This document shows positions 55,348 through 64,000 of a stretch of DNA of 64,000 bases, piece by piece. The position numbers were made by a program, and so were the translations under genes. The notes under the pieces were generated by a model. The model had not been told where the DNA came from and searched no databases. It saw nothing but the letters and a program-made list of their open reading frames with translations. The DNA is taken from assembly GCA_964548765.1 (NCBI GenBank), contig CAZJSU010000003.1, forward strand, positions 31,965-95,964, in the 5' to 3' direction. Source of the stretch: an uncultured Anaerolineaceae bacterium (GTDB taxonomy: Bacteria > Chloroflexota > Anaerolineae > Aggregatilineales > Phototrophicaceae). Position 1 is the first letter of the stretch. The number at the start of each line of letters is the position of its first letter.

Positions 55348-57156
55348 ATGCCAGAGCAACGTTACGAAGACAGCAAGCTGTATCGTATTCGCCATTCTGC
55401 CGCCCATGTCATGGCCGAGGCCGTTCTGGAACGTTTTCCCGACGCGAAAATCGCCATCGGCCCGCCCATCGAGGACGGCTTTTATTATGACTTCGACCTG
55501 CCGCGCCCGCTGACCGAAGAAGACCTGCAATGGATCGAGGGGCGCATGAAGGCCATCGTGCGCGAGTCGCACCCCTTCACCGTGCGCGAGGTCAGCGCCG
55601 AGGAAGCGCGCGCGCTTTTCAAGGATCAACCCTACAAGCTGGAGCTGATTGATGATCTGGTCAATGGCCGGGTAGACGAAAACGGCAACCAGATCGCCGA
55701 GCCTGCCAGCAAGCTCACGGTCTACACCCAGAACACCTTTACCGACCTGTGCCGGGGGCCGCACGTCCCCAACACGCAGGACATCGAAGCCGACGCGATC
55801 AGCGTGACGCACAAGCCGCCCGCCGGGGCTTACTGGCGCGGCGACGAAAAGCGCCAGCAGCTCACGCGCATCTACGGCACCGCATGGGAAACCACCAAGC
55901 AGCTTGAGGAATACCTGCACCTGCTGGAAGAGGCCAAAAAGCGCGACCACCGGGTGATCGGTGAACGGCTTGGCCTGTTCACCATCAGCCCGCTGGTGGG
56001 CAAGGGGCTGCCCCTGTGGAAGCCCAAAGGCGCGGTGCTGCGCGATAATCTGGAACGCTGGCTGCGCGAAACGCAGATCGAAAACGGCTACCAGCCTGTG
56101 GTTACGCCGCACATCGGCAATCTGGAACTGTACAAAACATCCGGCCACTATCCTTATTATAAGGACAGCCAGTACGCGCCGATTGATGTGGATGGCGACC
56201 AGTTCCTCCTGAAGCCGATGAACTGCCCGCACCACATCATGATCTACAAGAGCGACATGCACTCCTACCGTGACCTGCCCGTGCGCCTGGCTGAGTTCGG
56301 CACGGTCTACCGTTACGAGCAGTCGGGCGAACTCAACGGCCTGACTCGTGTACGCGGCTTCACGGTGGACGACGCGCACCTGTTCGTCACACCGGAGCAG
56401 CTTCTCGATGAATTCAAGGAAGTCGTGCGGCTGATTCAGTCCATCTTCAACACGCTCGGCCTGACAGACTTCCGCGCCCGTGTCGGCACGCGCGACCCGG
56501 AGAGCGACAAGTACGTTGGCGATGATACGCTGTGGGAAAACGCCGCGCAGGCCATCATTCAGGCGTGCGAGGAACTCGGCCTGCCGTACATCGTGGAAGA
56601 AGGCGAGGCCGCCTTCTATGGCCCGAAGCTGGACTTTCTGGTGCGCGATGTGCTGCGCCGCGAATGGCAGTTGGGGACGGTACAGGTGGACTACAATCTG
56701 CCGGAGCGCTTTGATCTGGAATACGTCGCCAGCGATGGCAGCCGCCAGCGCCCGATCATGATTCACCGCGCCCCCTTCGGCAGTATGGAGCGCTTCATCG
56801 GCATCCTGATCGAGCATTTTGGCGGGGTGTTCCCGCTGTGGCTTGCGCCCGTGCAGGCGTTAATCATCCCCGTGACCGACCGCCACAACGACCACGCCCA
56901 CCAGATCGCCGCGACGCTCAACGCGGTTGGGCTGCGCGCCGAGGTGGACGACAGCAAGGCACGTATGGGCGGCAAGATTCGCGCCGGGCGCGAACAGCAC
57001 ATCCCTTACATGCTGATCGTCGGTGATCGGGACATCGAGGCCGGAACGGTCAGCGTGCGCCTGCGCAGCGACGAGGACTTAGGCGCGATCCCGCTTGACC
57101 AGTTTGTCGAGATGGCGCAGCGCCTGATCGAGACGAAGGCGCTCGAACTGCAATGA
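55348..57156 (+). CDS. thrS: Threonine--tRNA ligase, short form lacking the N-terminal TGS domain.
   Basis: SAD-domain HSAAH, class-II aaRS motifs (FRYEQSGELNGLTRVRGFTVDDAH) and an anticodon-binding C-terminus. Confidence 0.9.
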   Translation: MPEQRYEDSKLYRIRHSAAHVMAEAVLERFPDAKIAIGPPIEDGFYYDFDLPRPLTEEDLQWIEGRMKAIVRESHPFTVREVSAEEARALFKDQPYKLELIDDLVNGRVDENGNQIAEPASKLTVYTQNTFTDLCRGPHVPNTQDIEADAISVTHKPPAGAYWRGDEKRQQLTRIYGTAWETTKQLEEYLHLLEEAKKRDHRVIGERLGLFTISPLVGKGLPLWKPKGAVLRDNLERWLRETQIENGYQPVVTPHIGNLELYKTSGHYPYYKDSQYAPIDVDGDQFLLKPMNCPHHIMIYKSDMHSYRDLPVRLAEFGTVYRYEQSGELNGLTRVRGFTVDDAHLFVTPEQLLDEFKEVVRLIQSIFNTLGLTDFRARVGTRDPESDKYVGDDTLWENAAQAIIQACEELGLPYIVEEGEAAFYGPKLDFLVRDVLRREWQLGTVQVDYNLPERFDLEYVASDGSRQRPIMIHRAPFGSMERFIGILIEHFGGVFPLWLAPVQALIIPVTDRHNDHAHQIAATLNAVGLRAEVDDSKARMGGKIRAGREQHIPYMLIVGDRDIEAGTVSVRLRSDEDLGAIPLDQFVEMAQRLIETKALELQ

Positions 57157-57179
57157 CAGTAACAGCGCAGGAGTAAACG

Positions 57180-57479
57180 ATGGAGACGATACAAAGCATC
57201 AACCTGATTGCAATAAACCCTAAAATCCGCAGTGGTCGCCCGTTTATCGTCGGAACGACCATCACGGTAGCGGACATCGTTATTGCCAAAATTTATCATG
57301 GTCTGGATGCCGATGGTATCGCCGACTGGTACAGCCTGTCGCTGTCTCAGGTTTACGCCGCGCTCGCCTATTACTACGAGCATCGTACCGCTATGGATGA
57401 GCAGGTTCGCGCTTTGATCAGACGGGCGGAAACATTAGCGGAGCAGCGCCCCGGTGGCGAACATTCGCTTCTACCTTGA
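57180..57479 (+). CDS. DUF433-family protein (antitoxin-like).
   Basis: 99 aa with the DUF433 pattern (RSGRPFIVGTTITVADIV). It overlaps the downstream gene. Confidence 0.7.
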   Translation: METIQSINLIAINPKIRSGRPFIVGTTITVADIVIAKIYHGLDADGIADWYSLSLSQVYAALAYYYEHRTAMDEQVRALIRRAETLAEQRPGGEHSLLP

Positions 57480-57789
57480 CGAGAATGTGCCAGTAGCGAT
57501 CGCCGTGCAGTTAAAGCGTCGAGGTATTGAAGCGCTTCCTGTACGCGATCTGGACTTGCTGGGCGATACGGATGAGCATCATTTACAGAGGGCCACTGCA
57601 ATGGCGTGTGTCCTCTGTACGCATGATGCCGATTATATAGACCTTGCCACCAGCGGCTACGAACACGCTGGTATTGTTTTTGGTCAACAGCACAGGCACG
57701 GCATAGGCGACTGGGTAAAATTTCTGGAGCTTGTCTACGAAGTTTACACACAGGAAGAAATGGCAGGACGGATAGAGTACGTGAAGTAA
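57454..57789 (+). CDS. DUF5615 (PIN-like/Mut7-C) protein, toxin-like partner.
   Basis: MANIRFYLDENVP... N-terminus typical of DUF5615. GTG start overlaps the DUF433 gene. Confidence 0.7.
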   Translation: MANIRFYLDENVPVAIAVQLKRRGIEALPVRDLDLLGDTDEHHLQRATAMACVLCTHDADYIDLATSGYEHAGIVFGQQHRHGIGDWVKFLELVYEVYTQEEMAGRIEYVK

Positions 57790-57815
57790 CCGCCCGTCCC
57801 GCCACCGCCCTATGC

Positions 57816-59684
57816 CTAAACCGCTACGTGCAGCGCGTCAATGACTTCGGCGGCCAGATCATAGCGCCCGAACGCCGGGATGATGTACGCCCCCTGCACC
57901 ATGCCGCGCATCTGAATGAGCAGTTCGCTGGCGATGCGTACCCCTTCCTGCGCCGCCCCTTCGCCCGCGTCCTCGATGCGCTTAAAGATGGTGTCGGGAA
58001 TGATGATCCCCGGTACTTCGTTGTGCAGGAAGGTCGCGTGTCTCAGGCTGTACAGCGGCATCACGCCCATCAGCACGGGCATATCAAACGGCTTGCCTTC
58101 GATTTCTTCATAGCGCTTCAGAAAACGCTCGACGCGCGCCGGCTCGAACACGGCCTGACTCAGCAGGAAGTCCGCGCCGCCAGCGCGCTTTTTACGCAGC
58201 ACCTTGATCTCGTGGTCGAGGTCGTTGGCGCACATATTGAGCGCCGCCCCCACCGTGAACGATGTCGGCTGGCCGATGGAGTTGCCCGCCTGATCAATGC
58301 CGGTGTTCATGCGCTGCTTGATGAGTTCGATCAGGCCGGACGGCACCACGTCGTAATTGTTCATCGCTTCGGGGTAATCGCCGATGTGCGTCGGATCACC
58401 CATCACCACGAACAGATTCCGCAGGCCGAGCGCGTGTGCCGCCAGCAGGTCGCCCTGTACGCGCAGCAGGTTGCGCCCGCGTGTCGGGAAATGCAGGATG
58501 CTCTCAATGCCCAACTGTGTTTGCAGCAGATGGCAGATCGCCCAGGGACTCATCCGCATCCGGGCGGTGGGGCTGTCGGCCACGTTGATGACGTTCGCGC
58601 CCGCGTCCTGCAATAACTGCGCGGCGGTCAGCAGGCGCTGCGGCGAGTAGCTGCGCGGCGGGTCCATCTCCACGCTGATGGTGAAGTCATGATGACGCAG
58701 GCGGTTCGCCAGCTCGGTCGGGCGCTCGGCGGCCTCTTCGCTTTCTTCGCCGTTGGCTTCAATCACCTGAATATGGGGCAGCGGGCGCGCCGGGTCATCC
58801 AGCGCCTTCCGCATGGCCGCGATGTGGTTGGGCGTGGTGCCACAACAGCCGCCGATGATGCTCGCGCCGATGGCTTTAAAGGTCAGCGCGTAGTCGGCAA
58901 AATAATCCTCGGTCGCCGGGTACATCACACGGCCATTGAGCGTTTCCGGGAAGCCCGCGTTAGGCATGGCCGAGAAGTACAGGTCGGGCGCGGACTGCCG
59001 CATGGCCTGCAGCACGCGCGAAATCTGCGTCGGGCCGCCGCTGCAATTCACGCCGATGATGCGCGCGCCCGCCGCCCGCAGGTCGCGCGCCACTTTGCCG
59101 GGCAGGTGGCCGAGCAGGGTACGGTCATCCGGCGCGAAGGTCATCTGGCAGATCACCGGCAGGTCGGGGTTCACTTCCTGCGCGGCGGCCAGCGCCTCCA
59201 GAATTTCGGCTAAATCGGTGAACGTCTCCAGCACGATCACGTCCGCGCCCGCCTCGGCCAGCGCGCCGATCTGCTCGTGGAAGGCCGCGCGCGCGTCGGC
59301 CTTATGCACCCGGCCATAAGGCCGCAGCCGCACCCCCAGCGGCCCCACCGCGCCCGCCACGTAAAGATCATCACGACCCGCCTCGGCAGTCACCGCCCGC
59401 GCCAGCCTGACCGCCGCGCCGTTGATCTCGGCCACGCGAGCCTCAAGGCCGTGTTCCGCCAGCTTGTAGCGGTTGGCGCTGAAGGTGTTGGTTTCGATCA
59501 TTTCCGAGCCAGCCGCGATAAACGCGCGGTGGACTGCTGCGACCTGCGCCGGGTCTTCCAAATTCAGCGCGTCGAAGCAGGCATGGATGGCTGCGCCGTG
59601 CTGGTGCAGCATCGTCCCCATCGCGCCATCCGCCAGCAGCGGCTTCCCTGTCTGCAACCGTTCCCAGAATGCCTGCTTTGCCAT
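57816..59684 (-). CDS. yitJ: Bifunctional homocysteine S-methyltransferase/5,10-methylenetetrahydrofolate reductase (YitJ-like). The likely start MAKQAFWERL is at 59684; the track ORF runs to 59726.
   Basis: N-terminal Hcy-binding domain (LADGAMGTML...) fused to an MTHFR TIM-barrel. Confidence 0.8.
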   Translation of the reverse strand: MAKQAFWERLQTGKPLLADGAMGTMLHQHGAAIHACFDALNLEDPAQVAAVHRAFIAAGSEMIETNTFSANRYKLAEHGLEARVAEINGAAVRLARAVTAEAGRDDLYVAGAVGPLGVRLRPYGRVHKADARAAFHEQIGALAEAGADVIVLETFTDLAEILEALAAAQEVNPDLPVICQMTFAPDDRTLLGHLPGKVARDLRAAGARIIGVNCSGGPTQISRVLQAMRQSAPDLYFSAMPNAGFPETLNGRVMYPATEDYFADYALTFKAIGASIIGGCCGTTPNHIAAMRKALDDPARPLPHIQVIEANGEESEEAAERPTELANRLRHHDFTISVEMDPPRSYSPQRLLTAAQLLQDAGANVINVADSPTARMRMSPWAICHLLQTQLGIESILHFPTRGRNLLRVQGDLLAAHALGLRNLFVVMGDPTHIGDYPEAMNNYDVVPSGLIELIKQRMNTGIDQAGNSIGQPTSFTVGAALNMCANDLDHEIKVLRKKRAGGADFLLSQAVFEPARVERFLKRYEEIEGKPFDMPVLMGVMPLYSLRHATFLHNEVPGIIIPDTIFKRIEDAGEGAAQEGVRIASELLIQMRGMVQGAYIIPAFGRYDLAAEVIDALHVAV

Positions 59685-59750
59685 GTCCTTTTGTCCTGTT
59701 TCTCCCACAATTCCGATTAATTTCACCCCTCCCGGCCTGCGGCCATGCCT

Positions 59751-59774
59751 CCCCTCTCCACGTGTGGAGAGGGG
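59751..59774. repeat. CCCCTCTCCACGTGTGGAGAGGGG hairpin (same family as 960-983), followed by GTCCCTAC-type palindromes up to ~59850.
   Basis: Identical stem sequence to the copy at 960-983. Confidence 0.65.
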
Positions 59775-59892
59775 TTACGGGAGTGAGTTGCGGCGGACGG
59801 TATGTATGCTGTCCCTACAGCGCGTGTTTTATAGGGCGCGGTGTATCGCGCCGTACAGAAAACACCGTCCAGATACACCCCGTCCACGCAAC

Positions 59893-60279
59893 CTAACTTG
59901 CACACTCGCTGCTCAGGTGAATCCGTGTGCCGCCGCGTTCATGGTCAATTTGCAGGCGATGGTTGGTGGTGGCGATGCCGCGATCAGGGTGCTGGTCGCT
60001 GGCCGCGCGAAGCTGCTCCACATACCACGTGTTGACCTCCACAAACGGCGCATCCGTCCACAGCACGGCGCTGGTGCGCCCCATCGCCCATGGGCGGAAG
60101 CTGTTATACGCCAGCGACAGCACCTCGGCATCGGGATACATCGGCAGCCAGTCGGTGATGTCACGGTGGCAGGCGAAATCCAGTGCTACGGTGGTCGCTG
60201 TCGCACAGGCGAAGATGCCCACGATAATCAGCACCGTCGTCACCAGATAGCGCCTACACCCTGTCAGCGTGTCTTCCAC
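59893..60279 (-). CDS. Hypothetical secreted or membrane-anchored protein.
   Basis: 128 aa with the hydrophobic segment LVTTVLIIVGIFACA. Confidence 0.45.
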   Translation of the reverse strand: MEDTLTGCRRYLVTTVLIIVGIFACATATTVALDFACHRDITDWLPMYPDAEVLSLAYNSFRPWAMGRTSAVLWTDAPFVEVNTWYVEQLRAASDQHPDRGIATTNHRLQIDHERGGTRIHLSSECAS

Positions 60280-60301
60280 GACAATCGTTCCTCAACCAGC
60301 C

Positions 60302-63300
60302 TCAACCTTCGAGTATCTGCGCCACGCGGTCAAGCTGGCCGACGGAGTAATACTTCGCGTCGGGATGATGCACGACAATCGCCGCTGTGCTTTGCTCTGG
60401 CACAAGCTGGTACGACTCGGTCAGCGATACGCCGATCTCGGTCGCCGCCTGCGGCAGCAGCCCCCACACAAGCTGATGATCGTCCAGATCGGGGCAGGCC
60501 GGGTAGCCCCAGCTATAACGCTTGCCCTCTTCCGCGCCGATGCCCAATTCACGCCGGACATGCTGATGCACGTAGGTCGCGGTGGCCTCCGCTGCCTGCA
60601 CCCCCAGCCCGTGCAGGAAGTAGGCTTCGCTGTAATTATCCGCGCTTTGCAGGCGCTCAAACTCGGCGCTGGCCTCACCGCCCACCGTCACCACTTGCAG
60701 CGCGACCGTATCCACCTGCCCGCTGTCCAGCGGCGCGAAGTAGTCGCTGAGGCACAGGTATTCGCCCTGCGTCTGGCGCGGGAAGCTGAAACGCGCGACC
60801 TCCACCAGTTCCGGCGTTTTGCCATTCATATTGGCGAACGGCTGGTAATCCCACACCACCAGATCATCGCCATCGCTGTTGACCGGGAAGTAACCGTAAA
60901 CCGCCTGCGGGCGCAGCGTCTTACGGCGCAGCGCGTCCTTGCTCATGCGCTCCAGCCGCGCCTCGAACTCGGCTTCCAGCTTCGTCCATTCCTCGCCCTG
61001 TGTGTTCTTCGCGCCCCACGACAGGCGGAACAGTTCCGGCTTGTGGATGTGCTGCAAGACGATTTCCAGCGGCATGTAGTCAATCACGCGCGGCCCCCAG
61101 AACGGCGGCGCAGGGATGCGCGGCGCGGGCTGGACAGTGCGTACCGCGCGCGCGTCGGCCACGCGCTCCCGGCGGGCGGGCTTGCCCATCTCGGCGTTGG
61201 CCTCGTCCACCACCTGCGTGACGAAGTTCGCGCGCTGTGCCGGGTCTATCAGCTTATCCATCACGTACAGCCCCTCGAAGGCATCCTTGCAGTAGAACAC
61301 CCCCGGCGCGTAAGGCTGGCCGTTATCATCGCGGAACAGGATACGCCGCCCGAACTTGCGGTTGATGGCCGCCCCGCCGATCAGCACCGGAAAATCCAGA
61401 TCGCGCCGCGCCAGTTCGTTCACGATCAGCGGCATCTGCTTGCTGGTGCTGACCAGCAGCGCGCTCAGGCCAATCGCGTCCGCGTTGTATTCCTGCGCCT
61501 TCTCGATAATCGTGTTGGCTGGCACCTGCTTGCCCAGATCATGCACCGTGTAGCCGTTGTTGCTCAGGATGGTCTTGACCAGATTCTTGCCGATGTCATG
61601 CACGTCGCCGTAGACCGTCGCCAGCACGACCACGCCCTTGCTGCTGCCTTCCACCTTGTCCATGAACTGCTCAAGATAGGCCACCGACTTCTTCATGACC
61701 TCGGCGCTTTGCAGCACAAAGGGCAGGATCAACTCGCCCGCGCCGAACTTGTCGCCGACTTCCTTCATGGCGGGCAGCAGCACGTTGTTCAGCACGCCCA
61801 CCGCGTCCTGCCGCGTCAGGCAGTCGTCAATCAGCGCTTCCACGCCCTCCTTCTTGCGGTGGACGATCTGCCAGTGCAGCGCCTGCTCGGCGGCCATGTC
61901 CTTCGTCGGGTCTTCCACTTCCTTCGCGCCCAGCGCCACCTGATTCTGCTCGAAATACTGGATGAAGCGCGGCAGCGCGTCCTGGTCGCTGTTGAAGATC
62001 AGGTCTTCGGCGATCTTGCGCTGGTCATCGGGGATTTCTGAGTAGGGGGTGATGTGCGCCGGGTTAACAATCGCCATATCCAGCCCGGCCTTGACCGCGT
62101 GATACAGGAACACGCTGTTCAGCACGCCACGCGCCGCCGGAGACACGCCGAAGCTGACGTTGCTCACGCCGAGCGCGGTCATCACGCCCGGCAGGCGCTC
62201 TTTAATCAGGCGGATGCCCTCAATCGTCTCCACCGCGTCGTTACGCAGTTCCTCCTGCCCGGTTGTCAGCGGGAAGGTCAGCGTGTCGAAGATCAGGTCT
62301 TCCGGCGACATGCCGTAATCCTGCGCGGCGATCTCGGTGATCCGCCGGGCGATTTCGTATTTCCGCTCGCGCGTGTGCGCCATGCCTTCTTCGTCAATAG
62401 TCATCGAAAGCACCGCCGCGCCGTGCTTGACCGCAATCGGCAGAATCTGGTCAATGCGTTCGCGTCCGTTTTCAAGGTTGTTGCCGTTGATGATGCCGCG
62501 CCCTGGGTAGAGCGCCAGCGCCGCCTCGGCCACGTCGGCCTCGGTCGTGTCAATAATCAGCGGCACCGTGACCGCCATCGAAAGCTTCTTGACCAGCGCT
62601 TCCATCTGCGCTTTTTCGTCGGCACGCTCGGTCAGCGCCACGCATACATCCAGCATGTGCGCGCCACTTTCCACCTGCCCGACCGCGATCTGCACGATGC
62701 TGTCGTAATCCTCCGCCAGCAGAAGCTGCTTGACCTTGCGGCTGCCCTGGCTGTTGACGCGCTCGCCGATCAACGTGGGCGCGGGATTCTGCATCATCGG
62801 CGAGGCGGTCATGCCGCTGCTGGCCTTCGCCTCGTGGCGGGGCTGGCGGTTCTTCGGGCGGCGGCGCACGAAATGCGTTTCCTGCGCGGCATCATCGTGG
62901 CTGGTGTGCAGCAGCGCGTTAAACGGATGCCCATGCACCTTGCGATAGAGCTTATCCAGATGCTCCGGCGTGGTGCCACAGCAGCCGCCGACCACGTTCA
63001 CGCCCCACTTGGCGAACTCCGCCACCATCTCGCTGAACGGCTCCGGCTCCATCGGGTAGACGGCCTCGCCGTCCACGTTGATGGGCAGCCCGGCGTTGGG
63101 CAGTACGCTGATGGGCAGGGTGCTGTGTTCGACAAGGTACTGGATGGGCGCGCGCATGTATTCCGGCCCGGTGGAGCAGTTCATGCCCACCACGTCAATC
63201 GGCAGCGCTTCCAGCGTCGCCAGCGCCCCGCCGATGTCTGTGCCGAAAAGCATCTTGCCGCTGGTATCCAGCGTGATCTGTGCCTGAAGCGGGATGCGCT

Positions 63301-63895
63301 GGCCGCTGTCCTCGAAGTAGCGGTTGATGCCCACAATCGCCGCCTTGACTTCGAGGATGTCCTGGCTGGTTTCCACCAGCAGCAAATCTGCGCCGCCCAG
63401 CACTAACCCCTGCGCCTGCTCGTAGAAAATATCCGCGAGTTCCTCAAAGGTGATGTTGCTCAGGTCGGGGTCGGTGCCGCTGGGGAGCTTGCCCGACGGG
63501 CCGATGCTGCCCGCGACAAAACGCGGGATGCCGGTTGCGCGCTCGGCCTCGTCGCAGGCGCGGCGGGCGACCTGTGCCGCCGCCCGGTTGATCTCGATGG
63601 TGCGATCACCGAGGCCGTACTCACCCAGCGTGAGGCGGTTGCCGCGAAAGGTGTTGGTTTCCACCACTTCGCTGCCCACGTCCAGAAACGACTTGTGTAT
63701 CGCCTGGACAATATCCGGGCGGGTAATGACCAGATAGTCCACACAGCCGTTATACTGCGCGCCGCCGAAGTCCTCATCCGTCAGCGGGTATTTCTGCAAG
63801 CTGGTGCCCATCGCGCCATCGAAAAGCACGACATGATCTTCAATCGCATCTAAATAGCGTCGGTTGGTAAAGGTGCGTTCGCTGCGTTGGGTCAT
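60302..63895 (-). CDS. metH: Cobalamin-dependent methionine synthase. The likely start MTQRSERT is at 63895; the track ORF runs to 63949.
   Basis: Hcy-binding, pterin-binding and B12-binding (DVHDIGKNLV) domains plus an AdoMet-activation domain, ~1200 aa. Confidence 0.9.
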   Translation of the reverse strand: MTQRSERTFTNRRYLDAIEDHVVLFDGAMGTSLQKYPLTDEDFGGAQYNGCVDYLVITRPDIVQAIHKSFLDVGSEVVETNTFRGNRLTLGEYGLGDRTIEINRAAAQVARRACDEAERATGIPRFVAGSIGPSGKLPSGTDPDLSNITFEELADIFYEQAQGLVLGGADLLLVETSQDILEVKAAIVGINRYFEDSGQRIPLQAQITLDTSGKMLFGTDIGGALATLEALPIDVVGMNCSTGPEYMRAPIQYLVEHSTLPISVLPNAGLPINVDGEAVYPMEPEPFSEMVAEFAKWGVNVVGGCCGTTPEHLDKLYRKVHGHPFNALLHTSHDDAAQETHFVRRRPKNRQPRHEAKASSGMTASPMMQNPAPTLIGERVNSQGSRKVKQLLLAEDYDSIVQIAVGQVESGAHMLDVCVALTERADEKAQMEALVKKLSMAVTVPLIIDTTEADVAEAALALYPGRGIINGNNLENGRERIDQILPIAVKHGAAVLSMTIDEEGMAHTRERKYEIARRITEIAAQDYGMSPEDLIFDTLTFPLTTGQEELRNDAVETIEGIRLIKERLPGVMTALGVSNVSFGVSPAARGVLNSVFLYHAVKAGLDMAIVNPAHITPYSEIPDDQRKIAEDLIFNSDQDALPRFIQYFEQNQVALGAKEVEDPTKDMAAEQALHWQIVHRKKEGVEALIDDCLTRQDAVGVLNNVLLPAMKEVGDKFGAGELILPFVLQSAEVMKKSVAYLEQFMDKVEGSSKGVVVLATVYGDVHDIGKNLVKTILSNNGYTVHDLGKQVPANTIIEKAQEYNADAIGLSALLVSTSKQMPLIVNELARRDLDFPVLIGGAAINRKFGRRILFRDDNGQPYAPGVFYCKDAFEGLYVMDKLIDPAQRANFVTQVVDEANAEMGKPARRERVADARAVRTVQPAPRIPAPPFWGPRVIDYMPLEIVLQHIHKPELFRLSWGAKNTQGEEWTKLEAEFEARLERMSKDALRRKTLRPQAVYGYFPVNSDGDDLVVWDYQPFANMNGKTPELVEVARFSFPRQTQGEYLCLSDYFAPLDSGQVDTVALQVVTVGGEASAEFERLQSADNYSEAYFLHGLGVQAAEATATYVHQHVRRELGIGAEEGKRYSWGYPACPDLDDHQLVWGLLPQAATEIGVSLTESYQLVPEQSTAAIVVHHPDAKYYSVGQLDRVAQILEG

Positions 63896-64000
63896 AGGTA
63901 TGGGTTCTCCGTTAGTTGTTTTCTTACCAGCTCTCGAGGCTGATTCCATCTATGTAGCTAAAATGTACGTCCTGAGTAAGTACGGTTAAATTGTGCTGTC

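Noticed and set aside
1-64000. CRISPR arrays, rRNA genes and tRNA genes.
   Set aside because: No regularly spaced direct repeats were seen. No tRNA cloverleaf or rRNA signature was recognised on manual inspection, although without a dedicated search tool a tRNA could have been missed.

Overview
This is a high-GC (roughly 65%) bacterial chromosomal segment with tightly packed, often translationally coupled genes, interrupted by a few short AT-rich islands. The gene content suggests a terrabacterial, Chloroflexota-like lineage, but that is a low-confidence inference. Main content in order: (1) a form-II CO-dehydrogenase-like coxS-coxL-coxM operon plus a MoxR/CoxD AAA ATPase; (2) an ECF sigma, zinc-finger anti-sigma and trxB operon resembling SigR-RsrA-TrxB, followed by surE; (3) a sensory signalling neighbourhood: a coiled-coil GAF protein, two tandem GAF-PAS class-III nucleotide cyclases coupled to a dual-specificity phosphatase, a soluble PAS histidine kinase coupled to a secreted 4xPPC-repeat protein, and a Ser/Thr kinase fused to SH3b and a TolB-like propeller; (4) an AT-rich island carrying a consensus sigma70-type promoter plus intrinsic terminator (candidate ~75-nt sRNA), then an unannotated SRP RNA (ffs) gene directly upstream of a YabE-like 3D-domain cell-wall gene and rsmA; (5) tandem membrane-anchored paralogs and a DoxX protein; (6) a roughly 10-kb degenerate phage-derived island with holin-like, tail-like, gp6-like connector, terminase small and large subunits and a LexA-DBD-only repressor, interleaved with TetR, an ECF sigma, a pentapeptide-repeat protein and a DUF4260 membrane protein, and with no capsid, portal or integrase visible; (7) NfeD-flotillin, a BON protein, and a BMP-family ABC transporter that lacks a binding-protein gene and has an unusually large permease, followed by a PMI-like cupin; (8) a DUF2283 gene with an in-frame TAG; (9) tandem TPR proteins and a P-type ATPase; (10) FHA and Clp-N proteins, thrS, a DUF433/DUF5615 toxin-antitoxin pair, and YitJ-like and MetH methionine-synthesis genes. 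Several families of short hairpin-forming dispersed repeats occupy the intergenic regions. No CRISPR, rRNA or tRNA genes were recognised.
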